Below, one piece after another: positions 50,501-63,524 of a DNA stretch of 64,000 nt (positions within the stretch are counted from its first letter, which is position 1; the number at the start of each line of letters is the position of its first letter). The notes beneath the pieces were generated by a model, which saw only the letters and a program-made list of their open reading frames with translations, did no database searches and was not told the DNA's origin. Position numbers and translations under genes: made by a program. The stretch comes from Eledone cirrhosa (Eukaryota), in NCBI GenBank assembly GCA_964016885.1, contig OZ024741.1, positions 132,184,001 through 132,248,000 on the forward strand, given 5' to 3'.

Positions 50501-53211
50501 CCTGTGGTGCCCTTAACAGCCAAAATTCATGCATGGAGGGGAACAAGTGCACCAAAGACTACCCCAGAGCCTTCACCAGGGAAACTTGCACTGGGGTTGA
50601 CGGCTACCCCATCTACCGGCGGCGTGCTCCCGATTTTGGCGGCCTTTCGGCTAGGATTAAGAAGAAAGGGAAAGAATACGACATTGACAACAGCTGGGTG
50701 GGGCCTTACAGCCCTTTGCTTGCCAACATTTTTAATGCTCACATCAATGTGGAGTCCTGCACATCTATTAAAAGCATTAAATACATCTGTAAATACATCA
50801 ACAAAGGCGGCGACATGGAGGTGGTTGGCCTCAGTGATGGCGTAGAATAAAAAGACGAAATTACTCAGTTCATGATGGGAAGATACATTTCGTCCAATAT
50901 GGCGGCTTGTTGAATTTGTGGGCTTGAAATTCACCAGTGCTCTCCAGCAGTTGTCAACTTGGATGTTCACTTAGAGAATGGTCAACACGTTTATTTTACT
51001 GAGGAAACCGCATCGGCTACTGCCGAACAGCCACCTGAGATGACGCTTACAGCATTTTTTAAGCTATGTTCTGTCGATACGTTTGCAGTTACCCTTTTTT
51101 ACGTAGATGTACCTACCCACTTCACTTGGTCGAGCAAAAAATGGCATCGGCGGCGACAAGGGGAAAAAGTTGAGGATTGGGTAGGTGTCTTCAGAAGTAA
51201 TGCAATCGGACGCGTGTACAATGTTCATCCGAAGCATCAAATCAAAGGGCCCAAGTCATTCGCCGACCTAAGACTTTTCGATGGCCACATTTGTTCCAGT
51301 TACAGGGACGCGTGCGTGAAGCGCGGGCTACTCGAGGATGATGCCCACCTGAACGTGGCGTTGACAGAGGCTGCTGAATGTAAGATGCCTCGAAAAATAA
51401 GATGTCTGTTTTGCATAATGCTATTGTTCTGCGGAATAGGTGAGCGCCTTAAGCTTTGGGAAACGCATAAGGACATCTCAGAGGACAACCTCCGTAGACT
51501 ACGAGCAGAAGATCCAGCGGCTGGCTTTGCTTTCAACGACACGGTGTACAATGAGGCCCTCATCGACATGGACAACCATCTTAAAGCTCTTGGAGTTGGT
51601 GGTGTATCTGATTTCAGTTTGCCACAACCTCGAAACCTCACAGTGCTTTAGATGTGGAGTTTATGCGTGAGTTAAATTACAACATTGACGATATGACACA
51701 TCAGGTAGCTCAGGACGAACCCAGACTTTTGCATGATCAGAGACGGGCATATGACAGAATTCTCTCCACTGTCAATTCAAATGAGGGACGGCTATTTTTC
51801 CTGGATGCTCCTGGCGGAACAGGAAACACTTTCTCATCAACCTTTTGCTTGCGAAGCTACGAAAAGACAAGCGGATTGCTTTAGCGGTCGCCTCCAGTGG
51901 TATTGCGGTGACACTGTTACATGGCGGTCGTACGGCACACTCCGCATTCAAATTGCCTTTGGACATTGCAAAGAAGGAGAATCCTACATGTAGAATAGAT
52001 CGTGGCGACCCTAAAGCACATCATCTTTCTGAGTGCTGCCTGGTCATATGGGACGAGGCTACCATGAGTCACAAGGCGGCCTTTGAAGCTCTGGATAAAA
52101 CTCTCAAGGACTTGCGTCGGAACTCACGCGTCATAGGGGGAGCGACAGTACTGCTGGCTGGTGATTTCCGACAGACTCTTCCTGTTATCACTAGAGGCAC
52201 AAGAGCTGACGAAGTGAACGCATGCATCAAGTCGTCTTACATATGGCAGTATGTCCACAAACTACATCTGACTACCAGCATGAGAGTGCATGTGCATGGT
52301 GACGCAGACTCCATCGATTTCTCAAAACATCTACTGGAAGTTGGTAATGGAACTACACCTGGAGTGGATGAAGAGCATATCCGTTTGCCTTTTGGGAACT
52401 TTGTGTCAAACATTGACGAATTAATGTCATCTGTATTTTCAGACCTTGAATCACGATTCCATGATCACACCTGACTGAAAGGGAGAGCTATTTTGGCACC
52501 ACCCAATGCCACTGTTGACGTGATGAACCAAAAACTAGTCGATCAGATTCCCGGAAATGAAGTCTTCTTTAAGTCGATTGACACCAATAAAAACGCGGAC
52601 GACGCTGTCATCTACCCAATTGAATTCCTCCTCAACAGTCAACTACCTCCATAACTTCCTCCTCATGATCTGAAACTGAAGGTTGGTGTGCCAGTTATGC
52701 TGCTGAAAAACCTGGATACACCAGAACTATGCAACGGAACGTCTTTAATCATCAAAAAAATAAGGACCCAAATTCTGGGGACAACCATTTTGAGTGGACC
52801 TGCTGCTGGCGTGACCAGGTTAATTACCCCTATGAGTCCCTCTGACGTCCCCTATGAATTTACGCGACGGCAGTTTCCCATAAAACTCTGCTTTGCAATG
52901 AGCATTAACAATGCACAAGGACAATCGCTGCAAGTGGTTGGCTGGTTGGCCTAAATCTAACACAGCAGGTCAACTCATGGTCAACTATACGTCGGATGCT
53001 CCCGCGTCGGCAGTCCACACAATCTCTTCATTTGTGGTAACCCGGGTAACACCAGGAACGTTGTCTACAAAGAAGCCCTTCAATAACATCTTTGAACCCT
53101 ACTCCACCCAACGTCTCTCTGTCAAACCACTCTCTTCACGTCGCCCCTCAACTTATTAACTTAATAAAAAGTGGCCCGGGTAGCCCCGAGTGCAACCGGG
53201 CTCAGCTGCTA

Positions 53212-53212
<1 letters not shown>
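47515..53212 (+). mobile_element. Full-length decayed autonomous-type Helitron (Rep-Helicase)
   Basis: A|TCTATTATATAAA 5' end (inferred); GC hairpin then CTAG|T 3' end. Rep motifs FITFTCNP, VEWQK..LPHAH, KYICKYINKG. PIF1-type helicase motifs DAPGGTG, WDEATM, GDFRQ, QFPIKLCFAMSIN..QGQSL, HGQLYVGCSRV. Many frameshifts and stops. Confidence 0.93.
48422..48885 (+). repeat. ~69-bp coding tandem repeat (23-aa ETPEAREARL... units, STPR-like) at the Helitron N-terminus
   Basis: 6-7 units such as ETPEAREARLSALRDQRQRSRLD, split across frames by indels. Confidence 0.8.
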
Positions 53213-53263
<51 letters not shown>

Positions 53264-53331
53264 ATGTAGTTGACGGACGAGAGAAAAGAGTACTCAATAC
53301 CGAAGTAGAGTTTAGATATTAATACATTTTG

Positions 53332-53429
53332 GCTACATAGTGAGTCTTGTTGCTCTGGAGCTTCACTTACACGTTCACAGGATCAGCTGTGCAAGTGAAA
53401 CTCCAGAGTAACAAGACTCACTATTTAGC
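53332..53429. repeat. Fold-back hairpin (~37-bp arms) containing a hammerhead 3' half, abutting a PLE fragment
   Basis: gctacatagtgagtcttgttgctctggagcttcactt / aagtGAAActc-ca-gagTAacaagactcactatttagc. Confidence 0.8.
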
Positions 53430-53434
53430 ATGAT

Positions 53435-53790
53435 CTGAATGGGAAAAAGAAAATGATCATCAAATATTTGGGTAACTATGGTATTAAAGTAAAACTAGGA
53501 ACTAACAGTAAACTAGTCAATTTCCTCGACATAACCTTAACCCTTAATTTTGGCCTCCATTATCCATACCGTAAATTAAACGAAAACCTTAGTTACGATA
53601 GCTACTTCTTCAACCACCCTAAGGCTGTAACGAGAGTCGTAGCACAGAGGATCTCCATGCTATTAGCATATAGGGACACCGTCAATGGCAAGGCTAGTTA
53701 TTACAATGACGCACTAGCTAGGGCTGGATACAAGGATAAAATAGAATACATAGGAAGCTATAGAGTCAATAACACATCCATATAGAAGCA
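53435..53790 (+). mobile_element. Penelope-like RT fragment (same type as 27835-29953)
   Basis: LVNFLDITLTLNFGLHYPYRKLNE...NHP...YYNDALARAGY. Confidence 0.85.
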
Positions 53791-54318
53791 TATACAAACT
53801 CATCGTACTAACACTTTTGTGGACTTACTAACTGAAAATAGACCCAGAGGTGCCCTACATAAACACACTGGATATAGAACCAGCTTAGCAAGCCCCAAAT
53901 ATAGTATTACAACCATCACAAGCTTAGCTGGGTGGGGTATACATATAAACCAACCTATAGACACAATAGACTAATTCTTTAACATATATGAACCGGAGTG
54001 ACTGACTCACTTGGTCACTTGATATATTAGTTGACTGACCATACCAAGAAATTTAGCAAGTGCAGTATTTCCGATACTCTGCTTGCCTACAGAAACAATT
54101 ATGTATGCAATATGCCTACTGTAGTGGACTACTACCACCACGTTCCTAACTACAGTAGCATATCAAAAACAAAAAAACTGCAACTTTTCACCTGCCTGGT
54201 GAAAACACGTGAAAGAGTTATTACACAATAATTTTGACGTCTTTGAAATACGTATAACAGGATTATACAATAAATAGAGGATGTGCATTTAAAACCGTCT
54301 CTCTTCTTTATAATATTG

Positions 54319-54408
54319 TTTCTACTTTTGGCACAAGGCCAGAAATTATCCCAGTGTATTACTAGTACTTTATTTTATCGACCCCGGAAGGATGAAAGGC
54401 AAAGTTAA
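54319..54408 (-). mobile_element. 5'-truncated SINE with perfect 16-bp TSD
   Basis: CTTCTTTATAATATTG at 54303-54318 and 54409-54424. Confidence 0.88.
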
Positions 54409-54571
54409 CTTCTTTATAATATTGACATTCCGTTTGATATCTTATTGATAATACTTTAAGGAAGAGGAGTCGTAGGGTGTTTTACGTCTGTTTATAACTA
54501 CAGTCGGTAGATTAATTGATCAACCAAAGTTTCTTTACCTGAATAATTATTTATATATATATATATATAAT

Positions 54572-54757
54572 AATTGTTTCTACTTTAGGCACAAGGCCAG
54601 CAATTACCCAGTGCATTACTGGTACTTTATTTTATCTACCCCGTAAGGATGAAAGGCAAAGTCAACCTCGGTGGGATTTGAACTCAGATCGTAAAGGGAC
54701 GTAACTATGCTGGAAAGCATGGCGTCCGACCCTCTACCGATACTGCCAATCCACGGC
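54572..54757 (-). mobile_element. tRNA-derived SINE
   Basis: Full family motif set. Confidence 0.88.
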
Positions 54758-54789
54758 CCATATATATATATAATAATAATAATAAATGT

Positions 54790-55047
54790 GAAGACTAAAA
54801 TCCGAAGAGCGCTCCACAAGAATAATAATATATATAAACATATAAAACCATAGAGCAAATATTTATTAAAATAACAGATTAAAGTTTAAGCAAAGAATCG
54901 CTGCTTTCACCCTTAACGGGATCTCCTGAAACTAAAAGATTTACTTCTGCGTCCACAGATTGATTTTGTTTTAGTTTCAGAAGATCCTGTTAAGGGTGAA
55001 AGCAGTGATTCTTTGCTTAAACTTTAATCTGTTATTTTAATAAATAT
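54790..55047. mobile_element. ORF-less fold-back of the pseudo-LTR of the 27541-30980 PLE family
   Basis: 54790-54937 matches 27542-27688; arms 54859-54937 / 54969-55047 are reverse complements. Confidence 0.85.
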
Positions 55048-55261
55048 ATATATATATATATATTTATGTATGTATATGCGGTGAAAACTCCGAGGGAAAG
55101 AAAGGAGTGAAAAGAAAAAGCATTGCAACTGCCGCTTTGCCTAGGCCTTGTAACCTAAAGTAGTGCGATACATGTTACCTGAATGAATCATAATAAATTA
55201 GATCTCTTGCAACAGATAGGCTGTTTTTTTCTTTTTTCCTTCCCTCGGACTTTTCACCGAA

Positions 55262-55450
55262 CCGGTGGATTGGCAGTATCGGTAAAGGGTTGGACGCCAT
55301 GCTTTTCAGCATAGCGTTACGACCTTTTACGATCTGAGTTCAAATCCATTTGAGGTTAAATTTGCCTTTCATCCTTACGGGGTCGATAAAATAAAGCACC
55401 AGTAATGCACTGGGTAATTGCTGGCCTTGTGCCAAAAGTAGAAACAATTA
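55262..55450 (+). mobile_element. tRNA-derived SINE
   Basis: Full family motif set with the gtagaaacaattatt tail. Confidence 0.88.
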
Positions 55451-55547
55451 TTTAATTTGAAGTTTACACTCAACTAATGTATTGAGTATCTTGCTCAGTC
55501 TGGTCACCCCCGTCTGAACCCGGGACTCACACACACACACACGCACG

Positions 55548-55657
<110 letters not shown>

Positions 55658-55829
55658 AATGGCAATTTCTGTCTGTTTGCTTGTTTGTTTTTCATGCATT
55701 ACATTTTACATTAAGTAATATTGAAAAGCAGAGTTTTTCTCCATAAATTATATCACTTATTTAAAATCAATCATCATTTTCTTACAGAAAAATGTGTGCA
55801 ACACAGCAAGGCGCGGGTAATTCGGCTAG

Positions 55830-56085
55830 TATACATAAATATATATAGGTTCCAAGCCGACGATGGATATATAAACCTACTAACAATACAAACAGAAATA
55901 CTCATTATGGTCGGAAAAATCGAAACTCACATGGACAAAACAGACACAGGACACTCGAGAAGATGGTTAAACTAGAAACTAACTTTAAAAAAACTGGTAG
56001 GACGTCTAAGAAAAAGATGGATCCAGAACATCAAGGATGGAGTGGAGCAAAATATATCAACAATGGAGACCATCAAGGAGTGAGT
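55830..56085 (+). mobile_element. Highly decayed RTE-like LINE 3' fragment
   Basis: GH...R..GRLRKRWIQNIKD-like remnant across frames. Confidence 0.45.
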
Positions 56086-56284
56086 ATATTTAGATCCTCC
56101 CAGTGAAACAAGTGTATTTGGAAAATGTATTGTTGATGTGATAATATATTTTATATAACACAAGTTGTTTCTCAGATTGAGTGCTCTACCAGCTTTTAAA
56201 TTTATTACGTAAGTCAACTACACTGTATAAATGTGTGTTTGTGTGTGTGTTTTCGGCAGACAAACGCGCGCGCGCACACGCACG

Positions 56285-56348
<64 letters not shown>

Positions 56349-57650
56349 CACACACACACGCGCGCACAGGACAAAATGCATAAGTAGCGATACAAGAAAC
56401 AGCCTGAGGCCAATTGCAGATGTTTTTTTCAACTGAGGTGGCAAGAGTATGATGTGTGTGAAAATATCCCTGGAGAAAAATAGGAAATAAAGAGCAAGGT
56501 TTTAACCAGTGCGTGTGGTTTCATTTGTCATTTCATTCGACGGCTCTTTGAATCATAAATGGCATCTGATTAAGGCATAAGGCCAACTATTTTGGTGGAG
56601 GGGAAGTTCAGTGCATTACTGCTTTTTTTTGGTATTGTCCCCGTAAATATGAAAGGCAAAGCTAATCTCAGCGGGATTTAGCAATAATATTTATAATGGT
56701 TTCTGATTTAGACACAAAACCAATCATAAAAAAACATTTGATTTTGCCTTTCCGATGGATAAAATGAGATAAATTGTAAATGTCTGAAATACTGTGTTCC
56801 CTTACCTGAAATAATGTCTATAAATTCGATTTATTACATACCTTTTTAAAAGTCATAAATATGATCCGTTGAAAGTATGTAAAGTGTTAAAGGTAATCCT
56901 TTTTGAACTGTATTTAATGTAAACCCCAATTACAGTTCTGAAGAATTCCTCCTCCTCCAAGACGGTCCAAGAAGAAAATAAAAAATCTGGAACTTACCTA
57001 AAATATAAAAATGAAAAGGATAACAGATAAAGGTCAGTGGTAGTTTCAAATACACACAAACCCACACACTGAGATACGCGCGCGTGTCCACAAACACACC
57101 GGCACACATACACACACACTTGCATAAACATGCACAAGCACACACACATACACGCGCACGCACACATACGTAAATGCACATGCACACACATACATACACA
57201 CATGCACACACTCATACATGCATGCGCGCGCACACACTCACTGACACATACGCACGGAAGCACACCACACACATATTTTGCGGTACAGGCTACTATTTCT
57301 TCAATCCAGGAGGACACCATCTCAGGTTTAGCTGAGATTCTCAAATATACAGTTTTCCGCAACTAACTGATCTGAAGGTGGGAAATGTAAGGGCTCTAAG
57401 AATATAAAAAACAACCTAACATTAGGCTGACTCTATCTCTCATGACCTTAGTTACGCAGCTATGAAACCCAGTTAACAACTTGACCCATGTCACAACAGA
57501 GTGCAAACCCTGTTAAAAGTATAGTAACAGGCTGTACTCTTCCTCCTTTTCGTTTTCATGATGGTAAACCTGCTTACAACAGCACAAAAGGATTAATCCA
57601 GGGAGCAATATTAAGTCCAACACCAATCAAACACAACTGAGAGCCTAATG

Positions 57651-57767
57651 GATGAATTAATTGTAACAACTTCAACATGTAAGTCTTGATGGATTAATTG
57701 TAACAACTTCAACATGTAAGTCTTGATGGATTAATTGTAACAACTTCAATATGTAAGTCTTGATGGA
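57651..57767. repeat. 3 x 37-bp tandem repeat
   Basis: gatggattaattgtaacaacttcaacatgtaagtctt starting at 57651, 57688 and 57725. Confidence 0.9.
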
Positions 57768-57924
57768 GTCGTCGGGGCGCCGCATTGACATACGCGTTTC
57801 TAGGGAAATTTTAAATATGGCGGAACCTTCTCCTCTCCAGGTTTGAATTCAGATTTATTCCTGTGAAGGGCAGGCAGTGAGAGAATGGAAGTGAGAAACA
57901 GATATAGAGGAAGTATCGACCGCA

Positions 57925-58072
57925 GTACTGAACTGGTACTTTTTTGTATCGACCTTGAATGGATGAAAGGCAAAGTTGACCTCGGTGGGATTTGAACTCA
58001 AGGAGCAGACAACCAAAATGAATACCGTAAAGCATTCTATCAGACGTTCTAACGACCCTGCCAATTCGCCAG
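57925..58072 (-). mobile_element. tRNA-derived SINE
   Basis: ggatgaaaggcaaagttgacctcggtgggatttgaactc...gccaattcgcc. Confidence 0.8.
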
Positions 58073-58119
58073 CTATCAACTCGTGTATAAACAATGCAAA
58101 TCCTGAAGGCATTCAGAAT

Positions 58120-58960
58120 GTGAAAGTGGCCAGGAAATTCCAGTTCCGGTGAGGGAGTCATACTTAATGGTATGACTTCAAAGAGAGAAGTAGCGTATAC
58201 TGGACAGAGAAACACGGAGTAGATTGGTTGAGAAAGATAAAGCTTAAAATTGAGGCTTACAAAAAAAGTTCATGGTTAGGCTTTTCTACCATGGGCTGCT
58301 ATCATCATATAAGGCTACTGACAATATATGAGATGCCTATGACATTTGAAGTAGGAGTCGTTAGCGGCAGGTGGCATGGAATTCCACCAAACCTTACGTC
58401 GGTAGAGCTATACATTAGGTCTAAGGAGGAGCATCTGTTCCTATCACCATGTATTGAAGAATTCAAGGTAGCAAAGTCAAGGGTCAGTATTATGTTGATA
58501 GACTTCTGTAATAAAAAGATGAAATATGTAGATATCACTGCAATATCAGTGACACAATCACAACGCAGGCTGAGAATGAAATACACAATCGAGAAACCAT
58601 GTATGAGGAGACAAATATTCCGAACTATACATTTCCAGCAAGAAAGGGAAATCAGAACCAAAGCGAAGAGCGAAATGATCCAAGTCATGATCTTGTGCCT
58701 ACAGAATGAAGGACGAATGCCCAGGGCTATTAAACCTGGATCAGAAGCTTGGATAAAGTGGAACCTATTAAATCAAAAGATTTCATGATCTGACTAGGGA
58801 GACAAAAAATCTAACAGACTCACATGAGAGTCTTTTGTAGTAAAACATATGTCAAAAGGTGTCAGAGCGAAAAACACCAAATAACAGAACCTGGTCGAAA
58901 AATGTAGAGATATAGAGCTGACTATTCTCAACTGATGTTAGTTGTATCACTGCCGATTCC
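58120..58960 (+). mobile_element. Decayed R2-group (HERO-like) LINE fragment
   Basis: RLLTIYEMPMT...RWHGIPPNLTSVELY...LSPCIEEFKVAKSRV resembles the post-RT region of HERO elements (recalled, not searched). Confidence 0.6.
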
Positions 58961-59481
58961 ACAACTGAAAGATTGACAGTGATTCCACAACTGAAAGATT
59001 GACAGTTGAAACTCCCAAGGAAATTTTCACACCAGCAAAATACCTTTCTCTCGGATGAAAGTTACAGTCATGCCAAACTGAATAAATGTAATAAAAATTA
59101 CTCCAAACATACAATATACTCATAAATATTTACTCCACATTAGAAAATGTAGAAAACCCAAACGAAGAAAATATCTGTAAAGATAGTCCATCGCGACAAA
59201 TAATACATTAGAAAATCGGATAAATTGTCCCGATGTACTGAAAACAAAAGGTGACCAGCAGCTGCTACAAAGAATCGAACTCCATACATCTGATTTCATT
59301 TGTTGAAACACGTGTTAGACGAATAAGAACATCTAAAATTCCTCCGGAATTCATAGATTCATGATTTAAATGCTCAGTGTTCTTATACTAATAAAATAAC
59401 CCAGATTTGTTTATTCTAATCTTTTAACTATTAATTCCATATGGATTGAACCTTGAATAAATATATTATTTCTATTTACAG

Positions 59482-59525
59482 TAATACACTGGGTAATTGC
59501 TGGCCTTGTACCTAAAGTAGAAACA
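59482..59525 (+). mobile_element. 44-bp SINE 3' stub with perfect 17-bp TSD
   Basis: ATTATTTCTATTTACAG at 59465-59481 and 59526-59542. Confidence 0.85.
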
Positions 59526-60061
59526 ATTATTTCTATTTACAGAATGTTGAACTACATCCAGCTTGAAATTTCCTGTTAGAACTTTACCAACTTCATCCTC
59601 CAACCAATTTTTTTTTTTTTTTTTCTTAATATATATTCTTACACAAGAAATATTATAGGTGGGGTTTTAGTAATGACGGTAGAGACAGCGATAGTGGGAA
59701 GAATGATAATGTTAACGTTTGCAGAGACAAACACCATTGCTAACATTCAGCACAATCATACAAACCTCGTTGGAAGGGAGCGTGTAAAGCCAAAGAGAAC
59801 CCGCAATAGATGAGTAACCTTGTTTACTGTACCTTACTCAAAACACGTCTGGACAAACATACACGGAATATTCTTCAAGTCCTTGAACAGTTGCTTCATT
59901 CCAACACACGAATGTCACCAATTCTTTAACAGCTACACTGTCAATTTTTTTAATTCTCCACATCGCCTAGCTTAGCTGATATCACAGAAACTATCAACAA
60001 CATGTAATTTCCTTTAAATATAAGAGCAAAAAAACACATACAAGCTTGGCAGAGAGGATAT

Positions 60062-60566
60062 GTCAGGTCCCTCTCGAGTGCTACTGGTAATATGTAACCC
60101 AGTACAACCTGTTTCATGGTCGGGTCAACTAAACCGGCAACCCCACCAAGCTTGCTTGGTGAGGAGCGTGATATTTGGACACCCTGCAGGATGAAATACA
60201 AGACCGAGCAAAGGGCGAAGGAACTTGGCAGAGTCAACGGCCATCCAAATAGTACTTTTTCTTTTCACTTGGGAGTGAAAGACCCCTATTTGTTGGCACA
60301 ACACCTTTCTAGGAGAGGGAAACTCTGGAAAAACCTGCGGCTTCGGAAGCAGCGGATGATAGTGTTTTCGACGGGTAGTGTTTTCGATGCCCAGGGAGTG
60401 GGATTAGTCGAGTGAAAGGCCTTTCCCCACTTAAAAACCTTCAAAGCACAGGCATTGCTTGTTCAGAATATGTTACAGGTTTGTGTGACTGGCCGTAGAC
60501 TAAAAGTGCACCAAACTCTATAATTCTCCAAGCAATTGCAGTACTCTTAGCAGAGTTTGCCACCAT
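60062..60566 (+). mobile_element. Diverged relative of the 19491-20102 repeat
   Basis: Shares gtcaggtc...gtgctactggtaa...ggcaaccccaccaag...ctaggagag.gaaactctg...gactaaaa...ccaccat. Confidence 0.75.
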
Positions 60567-61025
60567 CATACATATATATAGTTGAACATGAACGAACAAA
60601 ACACAGGAGGCAATTGGACACAGTTATATTAGGTTCGCGCTTGGTGGGAGTGAAGATTTCAACATATATGTTTAAATATATACATATATATATGTGTGTG
60701 CGTGTGTGTTTACCTGTACTTTTATCTCTATATATTTTAATTGAATATTTCTTGTCAAAATATACCACTTATCCACATACTTGGTTCATTTACATTTTTT
60801 TCATATTTGTTTAAGCATGCTTTCTCCATATGTTCTTTTATTGTTATGGGTTATAATTTTTTCCACTTTCTCTTGATTCTTTTGAGTGCTTATTTACCTT
60901 ACCGTAACATACGCTACATTGGGATATTACATAAACAGAGAAACAGATACACACCCACTTCAAAGCTCACATGCCCTAACGTTCTCAATACATAAATATG
61001 CACTACAAACATAAAACTTAGTGCT

Positions 61026-61102
<77 letters not shown>

Positions 61103-61299
61103 GCAGACACAGACACAAGCGCATGCGCAGACAAGAAACGTATCAAAGATAAAAGAAGAGAAGATAAAGTAAACAAAACAAGACCAGAACGAAGTGGAGG
61201 TTCAAAGTAACACAACTATTCATTGATGAGGCCACAGAATATGTGACGAAAGATAATTACATAAGATAACGAACTAATAATAATAACAATAATAATAAT

Positions 61300-61506
61300 A
61301 ATTTCTGATTTAGGTACAAGGCCAGTAATTTGGAGGCGTGGGGAAAGTCGATCCCCAGTACGTTACTGGTACTTTATTTTATCGACCCCGTAAGGATGAA
61401 AGGCAAAGCTAAACTCGGTGGGATTTGAACTCAGAACGTAAAGAGCCATAACTCTGTGCTGCGAAGCAAGGTGTCTGACGCTCTACCGATACTGCCAATC
61501 CACCGA
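61300..61506 (-). mobile_element. tRNA-derived SINE
   Basis: Full family motif set next to (AAT)n. Confidence 0.88.
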
Positions 61507-61796
61507 ATCACCACCCTAATAATAAAACCAAAGTTAAAAACAAACTTGCACCTATGTTTTTATCGACAACATGAACTACCCAAATATAACGATATATATT
61601 TTTTTTCATTTCTAGTTAAATTACTCGTAACATATAAACCATGACGATCACGTATTTTCCCATTCGAAACAAGATATTACTCATCCAATTGATGACATTG
61701 TTTTGAAAGAACAACTTAACACTTGATTACACATAAGAAATTTCAGCTGTATCTTGCGTCACGTTTAGATAATGTTGCTCCATTCTTAAACGAATT

Positions 61797-61909
<113 letters not shown>

Positions 61910-62639
61910 ATATCTATATGTGTGTGTGTGGTGTATTCATGCATATATTTGCATACAATTATATGTAAGTGTGTATACATGTGTATGTTTATATGCGTGC
62001 ATATGTGTGTGTATATGTGAGTATTACAAGTACGTATGTGTGTGTATTAGTTGAAATTATATTGTGAAGTGTTATGCACCACCTAGATTTGCATGAGACT
62101 AAAACTATCAATTAAAGAAAGGCATTTTTTTAAGGAAATTAAAAATTGAAAAATGAAGTACGCACTTAGGATCATATGTACTGTTAATACGTCATGCTTG
62201 AGTCATGAGAGCAGTTGACCGATCAGAAAAAAAGGATGATTGCTGAAGCGATATAACAACTATAACGTCTATAGCTTCTTAAAGTTATGTGGCACGCACC
62301 GTGATACGTCCAGCATACGCATGCGCAGAGTAAAATAATTTAGAAATTCTCTTCTCAAGGTAGTCGTTCAACTTGCTAGAAGTACAGCTACCAAAACACC
62401 CTCAAACATCGCTATTGTTTTAAAGAACAAAGAAAGATACATAATGTAGACGTAGATAATTCACTCTCACACGGACAACCCCTACACTACCTAAGAACCC
62501 CCACACGATTTGATTCCAGGAAGGTTCATCCCATATATCAGAAGTTTGCTCAGTCGTAACCGACCTTGGTTTAAACAACAACTGCAACATATCCGCAGCT
62601 AGCCACATGAATGCAGTTGATTTTCTTGTGAGAAATCGG

Positions 62640-62960
62640 GCCCTGACGAACCGCTTCCTCGTTGTACCGGTGTCTGTCGTGACCTCTGGTGTCCCCGCAC
62701 TACTGATTTCCTCTGTAAAATTGTAAATATGGCGACCCGCTTAAAAAGGGAGCTCCGTGATGTGGGGTGGCTGTTGCAGTGGGTGTCTCTGGCCATTGTC
62801 CGTGGTAACACCTTAGCTAATTTGTCCGCGGCGTGCGGTTTACTCACCTCTCAGCTTGGGGTGTAGTATCACTGCCCCCCCCCCCCTCTCTGGCTTTCTT
62901 TCGTTGCTTCATTCCTTTCTCTTTTTCTTCTTTTCATTTCATTTTTTCTTTCTATTTTGT
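62640..62960 (+). mobile_element. CRE-clade 3' end fragment
   Basis: gggtggctgttgcag...ctggccattgtccgtggt is homologous to 39340-39405. Confidence 0.7.
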
Positions 62961-62969
62961 TCACTTTAA

Positions 62970-63029
<60 letters not shown>

Positions 63030-63335
63030 AAACAGCTTCGTAAAAATTTTAAAAAATGTTAAGTGAATAGCAGCCTAATCTCTCACAAACCGCATCCCTA
63101 TCGTCTTAAAAGAAAAAGAAGGAAGGTCACTGGATAAACTAGGATTAACTGTTTACACTCCACTCAAAAACAAAAAAACAACTCGTGACAGTCACACCGC
63201 CTGCTTGATCACTGTGAGTGATTTATCAACAACTATAACAGTACACGCACAAATATTTATACATGTAAACATGGAATCACACGCATTCATATACACACAC
63301 ATATGATTGGCTCTGTTGTTGTTCATGTTATAATA

Positions 63336-63524
63336 TTGTTTCTACTTTTAGTTCAAGGCCAGCAATTTCCTCAGTGCATTACTGGTGCTTTATTTTATCG
63401 ATCCCATAACGATGAAAGGAAAAGTTAACCTCGGCGGAAATTGAAATCAGAACGTAAAGCGCCATAACCCTATGCTGTAAAGCATGGTGTCTAACGCTCT
63501 ACCGATACTGCCAATCCACCACCC
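63336..63524 (-). mobile_element. tRNA-derived SINE with 13-bp TSD
   Basis: TCATGTTATAATA at 63323-63335 and 63525-63537. Confidence 0.88.

Noticed and set aside
56565-56682. Additional very decayed SINE copy
   Set aside because: Probably real, but its boundaries are too uncertain to list.
57370-57640. LKVGNVRAL and GLIQGAILSP motifs suggesting LINE endonuclease and RT remnants
   Set aside because: Two short motifs without a continuous frame; family not assignable.
59838-59930. Short minus-strand frame VKELVTFVCWNEATVQGLEEYSVYVCPDVF* as a possible host exon
   Set aside because: No recognisable homology and a weak splice acceptor.
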